NCBI GenBank assembly: GCA_001643675.2
Contig: LSRY02000028.1
Coordinates: 1-64,000, forward strand
DNA length: 64,000 nt
DNA from: Monocercomonoides exilis PA203
Lineage: Eukaryota; Protista; Preaxostyla
Direction of reading: 5' to 3'
The translations under genes and the position numbers were made by a program. This document shows positions 63,926 to 64,000 of the stretch, one piece after another (position 1 is the first letter of the stretch; each line of letters opens with the position of its first letter). The notes under the pieces were generated by a model, which saw only the letters and a list, made by a program, of their open reading frames with translations, was not told where the DNA came from and made no database searches.

Positions 63926-64000
63926 TCACCTTCTCCACTTCAACATTTTTCTTTTGTGTTAAACTTCACTGCAATTTCTTCTTGATCTATCACTTCGAGA

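Overview
AT-rich eukaryotic genomic DNA with short GT-AG introns (mostly GTTTG donors), the standard genetic code and many Ser/Glu/Lys low-complexity proteins. The style and the giant beta-helix/TM/pseudokinase gene suggest an oxymonad such as Monocercomonoides (inference). 1-25 kb is mostly decayed genes and transposons. Its centrepiece is an 8.4-kb element (9301-17702) with ~440-bp near-identical terminal inverted repeats (TIRs). It encodes (i) a Sola2-like DD41D transposase with a USP-type (C19) deubiquitinase domain inserted in its N-terminal half, and (ii) a divergent paralog that keeps the same N-terminal domain, the same first intron and a second USP domain but has no DDD domain. It also holds a relic internal TIR and a GC-rich pseudoknotted RNA-like structure just after the transposase stop. 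Nested MITEs lie at 23.7-25.0 kb. 25.9-40.2 kb is a compact host-gene cluster: SPICE1-like, TRM61, two hypothetical proteins and an MFS sugar porter. It is followed by an intronless ~3060-aa receptor-like pseudokinase gene, a 5.7-kb pogo/Fot1-like DD35D element whose transposase carries a 27 x 27-bp in-frame minisatellite inside the catalytic core, and a 3.5-kb non-autonomous element (148-bp TIRs, 8-bp TSD) that has captured a fragment of the surface-protein family. Syntaxin-5 and SEM1/DSS1 end the window. All family assignments come from reading motifs by eye; no database search was run.
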